Source: an uncultured Gemmatimonadales bacterium (lineage in GTDB: Bacteria > Gemmatimonadota > Gemmatimonadetes > Longimicrobiales > Gaopeijiaceae). From it: a stretch of DNA of 64,000 nucleotides. The notes below the pieces were generated by a model that saw only the letters and a program-made list of their open reading frames with translations, had not been told where the DNA came from and made no database searches. Where the stretch lies: contig CAWELD010000003.1 in NCBI GenBank assembly GCA_963809895.1, positions 608,001 to 672,000 of the forward strand, written 5' to 3'. The first letter of the stretch is position 1. Every line of letters begins with the position of its first letter. The translations under genes were made by a program, and so were the position numbers. Shown one piece after another: positions 32,623 to 45,064 of the stretch.

Positions 32623-34976
32623 GTGAGCGACACGGCTTCCGATGCCGGGCGCAGCGCCGGCAAGGACTTCATCCGGTCCATCATCGACCGGGACGTGGCC
32701 GAGGAGCGCTACGACGAGATCGTGACGCGCTTCCCGCCGGAGCCCAACGGCTACCTGCACATCGGCCATGCCAAGTCCATCGTGCTCAACTTCGGTCTCG
32801 CCGGCGAGTACGGCGGACGCTGTCATCTGCGCTTCGACGACACCAACCCCCTCACCGAGGACGAGGAGTACACGGCCTCGATCCAGAGCGACGTGCGCTG
32901 GCTGGGATTCGACTGGGGCGAATATCTCTATTTCGCCTCGGACTACTTCGAGCGCATGTACGAGGTGGCGGAACGCCTGATCCGGGCGGGGAAGGCGTAC
33001 GTGGATTCGGCGACCGAGGAGGAGATTCGCGAAGCCCGCGGTACCGTGACCACCCCCGGGCGTCCCACCGCCTATCGCGACCGGTCGGTGGAGGAGAACC
33101 TGGATCTGTTCCGGCGCATGAGGGCTGGAGAATTTCCCGACGGCGCCCACGTCCTGAGGGCGCGCATCGATCTGGCGCATCCGAACATGATCATGCGCGA
33201 TCCCGTCTTCTACAGGATCCGGCACGCGCACCACTACCGCACCGGCGACGACTGGTGCATCTACCCGCTCTACGACTTCGCCCACTGCCTCGAGGACGCC
33301 TTCGAGGGCGTGAGCCACTCGCTGTGCACGCTGGAGTTCGACAACAACCGCGAGATCTACGACTGGATCCTGGAGCACGCCGGGTTCACCGAGCCGCGCC
33401 CCCACCAGTACGAGTTCGCCCGTCTGGAGCTCGAATACACGGTGCTCTCGAAGCGCAAGCTCATTCGCCTCGTCAAGGAGAAGCACGTCGACGGTTGGGA
33501 CGATCCGCGGCTGCCCACGCTGGCGGGGCTCCGGCGCCGGGGCGTGCCCCCCGAGGCCATCCGGCGGCTGTGCGAGATGGTGGGCGTGGCCAAGGCGGAC
33601 TCCACCGTGGACCTGGGCAAGCTGGACTACGCCATCCGCGACGTGCTCAACGACACGGCACCGCGGCGCCTGGCGGTGCTGGACCCGCTCAAGGTGGTGA
33701 TCACCAACTGGCCCGCGGGCAAGCAGGAAATGCTGTCGGCGCCCCACTTCCCGGATCGCGGAGCCGAGGATGGTACCCGCGATGTCCGACTCGGCCGGGA
33801 GCTGTACATCGAGCGTGACGACTTCGCCCTGGATCCCCCACCGGGCTGGAAGCGCATGGCGCCGGGCTGGGAGGTGCGCCTGCGCTACGCCTATGTGGTG
33901 AAGTGCGAGGAGGTGATGACGGATCCCGACAGCGGACGGGTGACCGAGCTGCGCTGCACCTACGATCCCGACACCCTGGGCGTGAATCCCCCGGACCGGC
34001 GGGTGGCGGGAACCGTGCACTGGGTGTCCGACCTGGACGCCGTCCTCGCCGAGGTGCGGCTCTACGACCGCCTGTTCTCGGTGCCCGATCCCGACGACGT
34101 GCCGGAGGGGGGCGACTTCACCGACAACCTGAACCCCGACTCCCGCGTGGTCATGTCCGAGGCGCTGGTGGAGCCGGCGCTGGCGGCCGCCGAGGGTCCG
34201 GAGCGGGTGCAGCTCGAACGGTTGGGGTTCTTCGCCCGCGATCCCGACTTCGCGCCGAGCCATCCGGTCTACAATCGCGTGGTGACGCTGCGCGACAGCT
34301 GGGCTCGCCGCCGCGCCGAGGCGGACGCGGAGCGGGGCGGGCGGTCCAGCAGGCGACCACGCCAGCGCGCCGCCGCCTCCCCAGACGCCCGAGGAGCGCA
34401 TCTCCCACGAGCGGCGCGAAGCGCGCCAGGGAGATCCGGAGCTGGCCGAGCGTTTCCGCCGGTACCAGGACGAGCTGGGGCTCTCGCTGGAAGACGCCGA
34501 CATCGTCACCGGATCCCGTGCCCTCTCGGACTTCTTCGAAGCGGCGCTGGACGTGCACGACGATGCCGCCTCGGTGGCGTCGTGGGTGACCAACGATCTC
34601 CAGGCCGAGCTCAAGGATCGCGAGCTGGAGGCGCTGCCCTTCGGGGGCCGCCAGCTCGGGCGGCTGGCAGCGCTGGTGGACGGAGGCACGGTCTCGCGCA
34701 GGGCCGCGCGTCAGGTCCTCGAGGAGATGGCGAGCCAGGGTGGCGATCCCGAGGACCTCGTGCGCAGCGCTCGGTCTGGAGAAGCTCAGCGACCCCGAGG
34801 CGCTCGCCGCGGTGGTGGCCGAGGTGCTGGAGGCGTGGTCCGAGAAGGTGGAGGAGTACCGAGCCGGCAACACCAACCTCCTGGGCCTCTTCATGGGGCA
34901 GGTCATGAAGCGCACCGGTGGCACGGCGGATCCGGCCCTGGCGCGCCGGCTGCTCCAGGAAGCGTTGCAGGACTGA
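32623..34976 (+). CDS. glnS: Glutaminyl-tRNA synthetase with C-terminal YqeY-like domain (frameshifts near 34330-34430 and 34765)
   Basis: TRFPPEPNGYLHIGHAK, LSKRKL, QLERLGFF; YqeY pieces (LGLFMGQVMKRTGG.ADP) lie in shifted frames. Confidence 0.9.
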
Positions 34977-35046
34977 GCGCCTCGCGCCTGCCCGGCCGTC
35001 CCCGACCTCCAGCCAACGACTCGCTCACCGAGAACGAGGATTCCGC

Positions 35047-36502
35047 GTGTCCATCCGCGTCCGCTTTCCACCGTCTCCCACCGGCTACCTGCACGTGGGT
35101 GGCGCCCGTACGGCCCTCTTCAACTGGCTGCTCGCGCGACAACAGGGTGGCAGCTTCGTGCTGCGCATCGAGGATACCGATCGCGAGCGATCCGACGAGG
35201 CGCACGTCCAGGCGATCCTGGAGGGCCTCACCTGGCTGGGCTTGGACTGGGACGAAGGACCGTTCTTCCAGAGCCGGGGCGTGGAGCGGCATCGTGCGGC
35301 GGCGCGCCGCCTCCTGGAAGAAGGGAAGGCGTATCGGGACTTCACCGATCCCGCCGAGCTGAGGGCGGAGGCCGAGGCGAGAGGCATCGGGCATCCCAGC
35401 GTGCTGGCCCGGGAGAAGGCCGACGCCATGAGCGCCGACGAGATCCAGGAGCGCGTGGACAGGGGCGAGCCCCATGCCGTTCGCCTGCGGGTGCCGGAAG
35501 GCGAGACGCGCTGGCACGATCTGGTCCATGGCGACATGGTCTTCGCCAACGCCGACCTGGACGATCTGGTGATCCTGCGCAGCGACGGCTCGCCCATCTA
35601 CAATCTGGCCGTGGTCTCCGACGATGCCGAGCAGGGCATCACCCACGTGGTCCGGGGCGACGACCACCTGTCCAACACGCCGAAGCAGATCCTGATCTAC
35701 GAGGCGCTGGGGCTCGCCGTGCCCACCTTCGGGCACGTGCCCATGATCCTCGGACCCGACGGCAAGCGCCTGTCCAAGCGTCACGGCGCCACCGCCGTGG
35801 CCGAGTACGCCCGCAGCGGAATCCTCCCGGAGGCCATGGTCAACTTCCTCGCGCTCCTGGGCTGGAATCCCGGCGACGAGCGCGAGGTCATGGATCGCGC
35901 CGAGCTGGTGCGGTCGTTCGCCATGGAACGGGTGCAGAAGAAGAGCGCCGTCTTCGACATGGCCAAGCTCGAGTGGCTGAACGGGCAGTATCTGGCCGAG
36001 AAGCCCGCCGAGGCGCTGGCGCCCCTGGTCACGGAGCGTCTGGCGGAGCGCGGAATCACGCCGGAGCGCTGGAGCGCGCGGGGTGAGGCGTGGTTCGAGG
36101 CGTTGGTGGATCTCCTCAAGACCCGGTCCCGGACCGTCGAGGAGCTGGCGGCTCAGGCCGTGCCGTACCTGGTGGACGATCCGGAGCTGGACGCCGATGC
36201 GGTGGCCAGGCACTGGAACAAGGATCCCGAGGGCGTGGCCACCCGCTTGCGCCGATTGCGCTCGGTCTACGAGGACTGCCCATGGCAGGCGCAGGCCCTG
36301 GAAGAGCGCCTGCGGGCGCATGGCAGCCGAGCTCGGGCGTCGGGGCGGGAAAGGTGATCCATCCGCTGCGGGTGGCGCTCACCGGTCAGGCTGCGAGTCC
36401 CGGGATCTTCGACGTGCTCCTGGTTCTGGGGCGCGACACGTCGCTGCACGGATCGACCGGGCCCTGCACAGACTGGGCGCGGAGCACGAAAAGCTTTCTT
36501 GA
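35047..36502 (+). CDS. gltX: Glutamyl-tRNA synthetase (frameshifts at about 36318-36450)
   Basis: [30 protein letters not shown]-terminal [14 protein letters not shown] lies in an alternate frame. Confidence 0.92.
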
Positions 36503-36528
36503 CACCGATTCGGAGCGCATAGTAGAGT
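36499..36528 (+). promoter_or_regulatory. Candidate sigma70 promoter of the lexA-like gene
   Basis: TTGACA(36499-36504)-18 bp-TAGAGT(36523-36528). Confidence 0.45.
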
Positions 36529-36645
36529 AACCATCCGTTTCCGAGCCGGTATCAGGTGTCCGGAGCGGACGGCGAAATCGGAACCGCGGATACCGTTTTG
36601 CCGCGGGCTTCTGCCCCATTGGGGCGTTTCAGTACGGAGTCCGGG

Positions 36646-37290
36646 ATGTCCTTGAGCCTGAGCGAGATCGAGAGAAAGATCCTGGATTACATGGTGTCGT
36701 ACCTGCGTACGAACACCTATCAGCCGTCGATCCGGGAGATCGGCGAGCGCTTCGGCATCAAGAGCACCAAGACCGTCTCCGAGCACCTGCAGGCGCTGGC
36801 GGAGAAGGGCTTCCTCGAGCGCGACCCGTCGCGTTCCCGCGGGGTCCGCATCCTGGGCGTCGATCTCAGCCCCGACGCCGTGTCCGTTCCCCTCTTCGGC
36901 GACCTGCCCGAGGACCGCATGGCGCGCTCCGAGGGCAACCTCACGGTGGATCGCCGCTTGGCCGGCGCGAAGGGCGGGTTCTTCGTCCGGGTGCGTGGCG
37001 ACGAGATGGCGTTGGTGGGCATCCAGGACGGGGATCTCCTCCTGGTGGAGCCCGCGGCCGTGGACGAGGTGCCCGATGGAAGCCTGGTGGCGGTCCGCAG
37101 CAACGGGTCCCGTCCCACCTTCCAGCGCCTGGGCAAGAACGGGCGCAGCGTCTCCCTGCAGCCGCTGTCCGTGGGAGCCCCGGCGACGGTGGTGGAGGAG
37201 CCGGGCCGGCTGAATCTGGTGGGACGCGTCGCCGGCCTCTTCCGGCGCATGGACCGTCCCGACACCACGGTGAGTCTCACCGCCCACTGA
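36646..37290 (+). CDS. LexA-like repressor with degenerate S24 peptidase domain
   Basis: wHTH YQPSIREIGERFGIKSTKTVSEHLQALAEKGFL..SRG; C-terminal VRGDEM..GIQDGDLLLV. Confidence 0.85.
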   Translation: MSLSLSEIERKILDYMVSYLRTNTYQPSIREIGERFGIKSTKTVSEHLQALAEKGFLERDPSRSRGVRILGVDLSPDAVSVPLFGDLPEDRMARSEGNLTVDRRLAGAKGGFFVRVRGDEMALVGIQDGDLLLVEPAAVDEVPDGSLVAVRSNGSRPTFQRLGKNGRSVSLQPLSVGAPATVVEEPGRLNLVGRVAGLFRRMDRPDTTVSLTAH

Positions 37291-37294
37291 CCCC

Positions 37295-37762
37295 GTGTCC
37301 GCGGGGGAGCCACGAGCCGGCGACCGGGCCTGGATGGCGCGGGCGCTGGAGCAGGCACGGCTGGCGGCGCTTCGGAGCGAGGTCCCGGTGGGTGCCGTCC
37401 TGGTGCGCGACGATCGCCTGGTGGCCGAGGGCCACAATCGCACCGTCACCGATGCCGATCCCACGGCCCACGCCGAGATGGTGGCGCTGCGCCGGGCCGC
37501 CCGTGATCAGGGGGATTTCCGACTGGAGGAGGCCACCCTCTACGTCACGCTGGAGCCCTGCGCCATGTGTGCCGGTGCCGTGGTCCTGGCACGGGTGCCC
37601 AGGGTCGTCTACGGCGCCACCGATCCCAAGGCGGGCATGGCGGGCACGCTCGGCAATCTCCTCCAGGATGCACGCCTGAACCACCGCTGCCAGGTGACGG
37701 CGGGCGTCCTGGCTGGCCCGTCGGGGGATCTGCTCCGGCGCTTCTTCCGGGCGCGTCGCTGA
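37295..37762 (+). CDS. tadA: tRNA adenosine(34) deaminase
   Basis: EVPVGAV, DPTAHAE, TLEPCAMCAGA, FFRARR. Confidence 0.93.
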   Translation: MSAGEPRAGDRAWMARALEQARLAALRSEVPVGAVLVRDDRLVAEGHNRTVTDADPTAHAEMVALRRAARDQGDFRLEEATLYVTLEPCAMCAGAVVLARVPRVVYGATDPKAGMAGTLGNLLQDARLNHRCQVTAGVLAGPSGDLLRRFFRARR

Positions 37763-37783
37763 GGCGACGCTCCGCTTCCGGGC

Positions 37784-39761
37784 TCAGCCCGTGGCCGGTG
37801 ACGCCGGCGGCGCATCCCGCTCCAGCGCCACCTGCTCGCGCACCGAGATCCCTCTCAGACGCAGGAAGAGCCACAGCACGAAGACGCCCCCGGTGAGCGC
37901 GAGCCAGTTGGGGAGCCCGTAGGCCGTGCCGATGTCCCCCAACACCATTCCCACGACCGCCACCAGGAAGGCGTAGGGCAGCTGCGTGCGCACGTGGTCC
38001 ACGTGGTCGCACGCCGAGGCCGTGGACGACAGCACCGTGGTGTCGGAGATGGGCGAGCAGTGGTCGCCGAAGATCGCGCCCGCCAGCACCGAGCTGATGG
38101 AGCCCAGCAGGATGGAATAGTGGGCGCCACCGGCGAAACCCGCCGCGCCGCCCAGGCCCACGGTGAGCGGGATGGCCAGCGGGATCAGGATCGCCATGGT
38201 GCCCCACGAGGTCCCGGTAGCGAAGCTCATGGCCGCGGCTGTGACGAAGATGAGCCAGGGCAGGAGCTGGAGGGGGATGCTGCCGGCCAGGAGCTGCGCC
38301 AGGTACGACGCGGTGCCGAGCTGCTCGGTGACGGCGCCCAGGGACCAGGCCAGCGTCAGGATGATCATGGCGATCACCATGGCCTTGATCCCCCCGAGCC
38401 AGGCTTCGATGGCCTCGCCCTTGGTCAGGAGCCCCTGACCCACCGACAGCAGGAAGGCCACCAGGCACCCGGTGAACGATCCCCACAGCAGCGTGGCGAA
38501 GGGGTCCGCGGCCCCGAAGACGTCCATGAGCGAGGCGTCCTCGCCCACGCCGGCCTTGCCCGTGGTGTAGAGGCCGATGAGCACCACCAGGATCACCGAC
38601 AGCACCGGAATGGCCGCGTTCCACCAGCGGTGCGTCACACCGGGCTTGGCCTCCATGGCCTCGGCCCCGGTGTCGACGGCGAGCTGAGCACCCTCGCGGT
38701 AGAGCCCGTTCCCTTCGATGGCCCGCCGCTCGGCGGCCGCCATGGGTCCGAAATCCCGGTCCATGAGGGTGGTCAGCAGGACGAAGACCAGGGCCAGGAG
38801 AGGATAGAAGAGATAGGGGATGGTGTGGATGAAGATGGTGAAGGGGCTGGATCCCACGAGCTGGTCGAGGATGGCCGAGTTGCCGGCGTTCTGTTGCTCC
38901 GCGATGCGGATTCCGTCGGCGATGAGGCTGATCTCGTAGCCCACCCAGGTGGAGATGGGCACCAGCGCCGCCACCGGCGCCGCCGTGGAATCCACGATGT
39001 AGGCCAGCTTCTCGCGGGAGATCTTCAGGCGGTCCGTGATGGGCCGCATGGTATTGCCGACGATGAGCGTGTTGGCGTAGTCGTCGAAGAAGATGCCGAG
39101 CCCGGCGAGCCAGGCGGCGAACTTGCCGCGCCGGGGGGTTCGTGCGAAGGGCGTCACCGCCTCCACGATCCCCATGGTGCCGCCGTTGCGGGACATGATC
39201 CCCACCATCCCCCCGAGCAACAGCGAGAACACCACGATCTGCGTGTGTCCACCCTGCACGTCGCCCAGCGCGGGCACCACGAAGGTGTCGATGACCCGGC
39301 CCGTGGCAGCGATGGGGTTGAAGCCGGCTACCGCCAGCGCGCCCAGCCAGACCCCCGCCAGCAGCGCCGTGATCACCTCGCGGAAGACCAGGGCGAGGAT
39401 GATGGCCACGATGGGCGGAAGCAGCGAGAACCATCCGCTGGTGAGCGTCGGCTCGACCACGTGCTCGGCGTCGCCGATGTGCACGGTGATGGGGAGCTGC
39501 TCACGGACGTTGACGGTGAGGTCCCGGAGCGTCGCCGTGCCGTAGGGCTCCACCGTGCCCTGGCCGATCTACCTGTCCCGTCGCGTCCTCCACCCGGATC
39601 GACAGGGCCGGACCGCCCTCGGCCCCCTGCACGGTCAGATCGAAGGGCACGCCCTTGAGCACGACCCGGGGCGCGTCCTGCACCTCCTGGGCCGGCAGCA
39701 CGGTGGGAAGGGTGGGAAGGGCCAGAAGCAGGGCGAGAACCAGGCGCGTGAGCGTCTGCAT
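37784..39761 (-). CDS. Na+/H+ antiporter NhaC family protein with N-terminal exported domain (frameshift near 39560-39575)
   Basis: IFFDDYAN, LAYIVDSTAAP, ATGTSWGT, GDHCSPISDTT; signal peptide MQTLTRLVLALL lies in the adjacent frame. Confidence 0.88.
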
Positions 39762-39849
39762 GCAGGTGGTCTCCCGTGAGGCGGGTGGATGCGGGCGTGG
39801 AGGGAGGGGATGGGACCGGTCATGATGCGGGCGTCGGGGTGGCGTGTAA

Positions 39850-40516
<667 letters not shown>

Positions 40517-40520
<4 letters not shown>

Positions 40521-41489
40521 ACCATCCCAACTCGCCCCTGGGCAAGGACCTGGTCGGCCTGGAGCCGCTCTCGGCCGAGCAGATCCGGACGATCCTGGAC
40601 ACGGCCGAGCCCTTCAAGGAGATCAGCGAGCGCCGCATCAAGAAGGTGCCGGTGCTCCGGGGCCAGACCATCGTCAACCTTTTCTTCGAGCCGTCCACCC
40701 GGACGCGTATATCCTTCGAGTTCGCCGAGAAGCGCCTCTCCGCCGACACCGTGAACATCTCGTCCAGCGGCTCGTCGGTGGTGAAGGGCGAGACGTTGGT
40801 GGACACGGCCCGCAACCTGGAGGCCATGAAGATCGACATGGTGGTCATGCGCCACGGGTCGTCGGGCGCCGCCCGCTTCCTGGCCGAGCGCATCCCCTCC
40901 AATGTGATCAACGCCGGCGACGGACGTCACGAGCATCCCACCCAGGGGTTGCTGGACATGCTCACGATCCGGGACCACAGGGGCACGCATCGAGGGCCTC
41001 AAGGTCTGCATCGTCGGCGACGTGCTCCACTCCAGGGTGGCCCGCTCCAACATCTTCGGACTCCTCAAGCTGGGGGCCGAAGTCGCCGTGTGTGGGCCGC
41101 GCACGCTGCTGCCCGTGGGGATCGAGCAGATGGGCGTGGAGGTCTTCGCCCGGGTCGAGGACGCCATCCAGTGGGCTGACGTGCTCAACGTGCTCAGGCT
41201 TCAGCTCGAGCGCATGCAGGGCGGGTACGTGCCCAGCCTGCGAGAATACAATCGCATCTACGGCGTCTCCTCGGAGCGGCTGGAGCGCGCGCCGCGGGAG
41301 CTGCTGATCCTGCACCCGGGCCCCATGAACCGGGGCGTGGAGATCGACTCGGACGTGGCCGACGGCCCCCATTCGGTGATCCTCAATCAGGTGACCAACG
41401 GCGTGGCGGTGCGCATGGCAGTGCTCTATCTTCTGGCAGGCGGCGCTCCCGAGAAGGCCGAAGCGGCCAAGCAGGGAGGCGGATCGTGA
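40517..41489 (+). CDS. pyrB: Aspartate carbamoyltransferase catalytic subunit (frameshift near 40985)
   Basis: [23 protein letters not shown]; then [24 protein letters not shown] in the next frame. Confidence 0.93.
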
Positions 41490-42778
41490 CTCCCCGGCCC
41501 ATCGTGCTCACCGGCGGCCGCGTCGTGGATCCCTCGCAGCGGATCGACGAGGTGCGGGACGTCTTCCTGGCCGAGGGCCGCGTGGTCGGTACGGGGCCGG
41601 GCCTCGGCCGTCCCGACGATGCCGAGGTATTGGACGTCTCGGGCAAGGTGGTGACGCCGGGGCTCATCGACGTGCACGTCCACCTGCGCGAGCCCGGCCA
41701 GGAGCACAAGGAGACCATCGCCACCGGCGCCCGGGCGGCGGCGGCAGGGGGATTCACCTCCATCGTGGCCATGCCCAACACGGATCCGGTCATCGATTCG
41801 CCGGCGTCGGTGGGATACGTGCTGGCCGCGGGACTGCGGGCGGGGGCGGCGCGGGTCTATCCCACCGGCGCCATCTCGGTGGGGCTGAAGGGCGAGCGCC
41901 TGGCCGAGATCGGCGAGATGGTGGAGGCCGGAGCGGTGGCCGTCACGGACGACGGGAATCCCGTCATGGATTCCGGACTCATGCGCCTGGCGCTGGAGTA
42001 CGCCCGCGGCTTCGACATTCCGGTGGCGGATCACCCTGAAGACCTGGGGCTGTCCCGGGGCGGCCACATGAACGAGGGGCTCGTCTCCAGCCGCCTCGGG
42101 GTCGGCGGCAAGCCCAACGCCAGCGAGGACGTGCACATCGTGCGCGACCTCCTGGTGGCCGAGTTCACCGGGGGCCACATCCACCTGCAGCACGTGTCCA
42201 CGGCCTTCGGCGTCGAGATGATCCGGCGCGCCCGCGAGCGCGGCGTGCGGGTGACCGCCGAGGCCAGCCCGCACCACCTGCTCCTCACCGACGAAGCGGT
42301 GGAGGGCTACCGGACCGAGGCGAAGATGAACCCGCCGCTCCGGAGCGCGGCGGACCGTGCGGCGGTCATGGAAGGCCTCAGGGACGGTACGCTCGACGTG
42401 GTGGCCACCGATCACGCTCCGCACCATTACGACGAGAAGGAGCAGGCCTTCGACGACGCGCCCAACGGCATCGTCGGCCTGGAAACGGCGGTCGGCCTGA
42501 TGCTGACGCATGTGGTGGGGAAGGGGATCCTGGACCTGCCCACGCTGGTGGAGCGCATGAGCTGCCAGCCCGCCCGTGCCTTCAACTTGCCCGGGGGGAC
42601 GCTGGAGGCCGGCAGCCCTGCCGATGTCACGGTGCTGGACACCGAGGCTCGCTGGACCGTGGACCCGGCTCGCTTCCGCTCCCGGAGCCGCAACACGCCT
42701 TTCGGTGGTTGGGAGCTGACCGGCCGCGCCGCGCTCACCATCGTGGGCGGGACGGTGATCCACCGGGCCGGGGGCTGA
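41486..42778 (+). CDS. pyrC: Dihydroorotase
   Basis: [34 protein letters not shown]. Confidence 0.95.
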   Translation: MTPRPIVLTGGRVVDPSQRIDEVRDVFLAEGRVVGTGPGLGRPDDAEVLDVSGKVVTPGLIDVHVHLREPGQEHKETIATGARAAAAGGFTSIVAMPNTDPVIDSPASVGYVLAAGLRAGAARVYPTGAISVGLKGERLAEIGEMVEAGAVAVTDDGNPVMDSGLMRLALEYARGFDIPVADHPEDLGLSRGGHMNEGLVSSRLGVGGKPNASEDVHIVRDLLVAEFTGGHIHLQHVSTAFGVEMIRRARERGVRVTAEASPHHLLLTDEAVEGYRTEAKMNPPLRSAADRAAVMEGLRDGTLDVVATDHAPHHYDEKEQAFDDAPNGIVGLETAVGLMLTHVVGKGILDLPTLVERMSCQPARAFNLPGGTLEAGSPADVTVLDTEARWTVDPARFRSRSRNTPFGGWELTGRAALTIVGGTVIHRAGG

Positions 42779-43422
42779 CGCGCTCGCCTGGCCACGACCG
42801 TGGCTATAGGCCAGAAGGAGAGCAGGACCGCACGAAGAACGAGTTGGCGAAGTCGTCCGCTTGCCTGTATGATGTGATTACTGCGGACAAGTGACGATGA
42901 AGAAGATCCGGTTGGTCCTCGGACAGCTCGTGCGGCGACTGCACTTCCGCTGAAGAGCAGTCCCCCCCCGTCCGTCACCGGCTCGCCAATCGAGCAGGTC
43001 GCGGCGTCGGGCTACGTGGTCTTCATGGATCCCCGGGAGCGCCTCCCGCGCCAACGTCCTTTCCAGGAGGGCGGGGCGGTCAACCTGGCGGACGCCGACT
43101 TCAAGTCCTATGTAATGAGCTTCGAGGTGCTGCACTCGGCCAGCGTCGGCTGGTATCGCGAGATGATGCACGCCCCTGCGCTGCACGCCTCGTCCACAGG
43201 CACGCGGCCATCGGCGCCACGCGCACCTTCCTGGTCTCCAGAATGCCCAGACCGAGCTGCGACGAGGGGCGGGCCGCGCCCAGCCTCCCATGGACTTTGG
43301 AGAAGCGGGAAGACGCGTTTGTAGTGGTTCAGCCGCTTTCGGACTTTTCGGAGGGATGAGGGAGTGACAGGTTGGACCTGGTCGGGCGGCGGGAGCCGCG
43401 GTCACCGAACAGGGAGACGAGG

Positions 43423-43731
43423 GTGGCGAAGAAGCGAAAGGGGACGAGGCAGTTCACGGTCGAAGAGAAGCTCCGGATTCTGGAGGAAGCGCGGCAGCCG
43501 GGGACGACGGTAGCGGAAGTGCTGCGCCGGTATCAGGTGGACGGGACGACGTTCTATCGGTGGGAGAAGCAGGCGAAGGCGGGGATGCGGGAAGCGCTGA
43601 GCGGTCGGACGCATCGGCACGGGAAGGCGAGCGAGCGCGAGATCGAACGCCTGGAGGCGGAGCTGCAGAAGAAGCGTCGGATCATCGCCGAGGTTGTGGA
43701 AGAGAACCTCGAGCTAAAAAGGGGGCTCTGA
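43423..43731 (+). CDS. IS3 transposase OrfA (HTH)
   Basis: RQFTVEEKLRIL..TFYRW..leucine zipper. Confidence 0.85.
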   Translation: MAKKRKGTRQFTVEEKLRILEEARQPGTTVAEVLRRYQVDGTTFYRWEKQAKAGMREALSGRTHRHGKASEREIERLEAELQKKRRIIAEVVEENLELKRGL

Positions 43732-44708
43732 AGCTGGGGTCGACGAGCCGCCACACGGCCGCCGAGAAGCGAGCGGCGCTGAAGCTGGTGGCGAGGACGA
43801 GGGCCCGGACGGGGTGGACGATTCGGCGGATCCTGCGGCAGTTGGGCTTCCCGAAGTCGCGCTACTACGACTGGAGGCGACGATGGGAGAAGGGATTTCT
43901 GGAGGATCTGTTCCCGGGCGCGAGGAGCTCGCCCCAGGCGATCTTGCCGGAGGAGAAGGAGGCGGTGATCGACTTCGCGCTTCGGCATCCGAGGGAGGGC
44001 TACCGGCGGCTGGCCTGGATGATGATTGATGCGGACGTGGCCTACGTGAGCCCCTCGAGCGTGTACCGGATCCTGAGCGACGCGGATCTGTTGTACCGAT
44101 GGAAGCGAAGTCGTCGGTCGGGGGAGCCGCCTCCGGAGCCGACCGGGCCGAACGAGCGGTGGCATACGGACCTGATGTACCTGCGGATCGAAGACACGTG
44201 GTACTTCCTGGTCACGGTGCTCGACGCCTACAGCCGGTACGTCGTGCATTGGGATCTGCTCACGACGATGACGGCGGCCGAGGTTCGGGTGGTGATCCAG
44301 GACGCCCTCGAGCAGACGGGCGCGAGCCCGGAGATCGTGACCGACAACGGCAGCCAGTTCCGGGCGAAGGACTTCAAGGAGCTGGTCCGCGACTTCGAGC
44401 TCGAACACATCCGGATCCGAACCTATCACCCGGAGTCGAATGGCAAGATTGAGCGGTTCCATCGGAGCACGCGGGATGCGCTCGACGAGCAGGACCTGAC
44501 GAACCTGGCCCGAGCGCGGGAGATCATCGGCCGCTGGGTCGACTTCTACAACCACGAGCGGCTGCACGCGTCGCTCCACTACCTCCCTCCCGCCGAGTAC
44601 TGGGCCGGCGAGCCCGAGGCTCGCATCGAGGAGCGAAGAGAGAAGCTCGCACGCGCCCGCCAACGGCGCGAAACCATCAACCGAGCGCGGCTCGCTCAGG
44701 CCGCCTGA
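43716..44708 (+). CDS. IS3 transposase OrfB (DDE integrase core), probably fused to OrfA by a -1 shift at AAAAAGGGGG
   Basis: WHTDLMY, VTDNGSQF, ESNGKIERF, YNHERLH. Confidence 0.88.
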   Translation, partial: KKGALKLGSTSRHTAAEKRAALKLVARTRARTGWTIRRILRQLGFPKSRYYDWRRRWEKGFLEDLFPGARSSPQAILPEEKEAVIDFALRHPREGYRRLAWMMIDADVAYVSPSSVYRILSDADLLYRWKRSRRSGEPPPEPTGPNERWHTDLMYLRIEDTWYFLVTVLDAYSRYVVHWDLLTTMTAAEVRVVIQDALEQTGASPEIVTDNGSQFRAKDFKELVRDFELEHIRIRTYHPESNGKIERFHRSTRDALDEQDLTNLARAREIIGRWVDFYNHERLHASLHYLPPAEYWAGEPEARIEERREKLARARQRRETINRARLAQAA

Positions 44709-44771
44709 CCGGGAAACGACCTGTAACTCTCAAGCCCTCGCCATTTGTCCGAAAGGCTCTGAAGCGCGACA

Positions 44772-44790
44772 TTCAGACCCCTGTTAGAAC
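44772..44790 (-). other. Truncated attC half-site (R'' GTTCTAAC plus part of L'') cut by the IS3 end
   Basis: Minus strand reads GTTCTAAC-AGGGG-TCTGAA and then the IS end; 7/8 match to the complement of the cassette-start GTTAGCAC. Confidence 0.55.
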
Positions 44791-44792
44791 GC

Positions 44793-44821
44793 TTGCGCCG
44801 GTGGTTATACCGAAGTATACT
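44793..44821 (+). promoter_or_regulatory. TA operon sigma70 promoter overlapping a palindromic operator
   Basis: TTGCGC-17 bp-TATACT; TATAC-CGAA-GTATA inverted repeat. Confidence 0.65.
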
Positions 44822-44827
44822 CATGGT

Positions 44828-45064
44828 ATGAAGACAGCGATCTCCCTTCCAGACGACCTCTTTGAGTCGGCCGAGGCCCTTGCCGACCGACTCGGCATGT
44901 CCCGGAGTCAGCTCTACGCTCGCGCGGTTGAAGAGTACTTGGCCAAGCACCGAGACCAGGACGTCACTGCACGGCTCAACGACGTGTTCGGTGATGAGGA
45001 CAGCGGACTCGACCCGCTCCTTCGCCGCGCCCAGGCTCGCTCCCTCAGGTCCAACGAGTGGTAG
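44828..45064 (+). CDS. RHH antitoxin (ChpI/MazE-like)
   Basis: MKTAISLPDDLFESAEALADRLGMSRSQLY; overlaps the toxin start. Confidence 0.85.
   Translation: MKTAISLPDDLFESAEALADRLGMSRSQLYARAVEEYLAKHRDQDVTARLNDVFGDEDSGLDPLLRRAQARSLRSNEW

Larger units (their letters stand above)
43320..44771 (+). mobile_element. IS3-family insertion sequence
   Basis: TG...CA ends with imperfect IRs (TGTAGTGGTTCAGCCGCTTTCGGAC vs GTCCGAAAGGCTCTGAAGCGCGACA); orfA/orfB in -1 overlap; no clear TSD. Confidence 0.88.

Noticed and set aside
42779..43319. Short ORFs between pyrC and IS3 (e.g. 43016..43324)
   Set aside because: No recognisable family; probably degraded fragments
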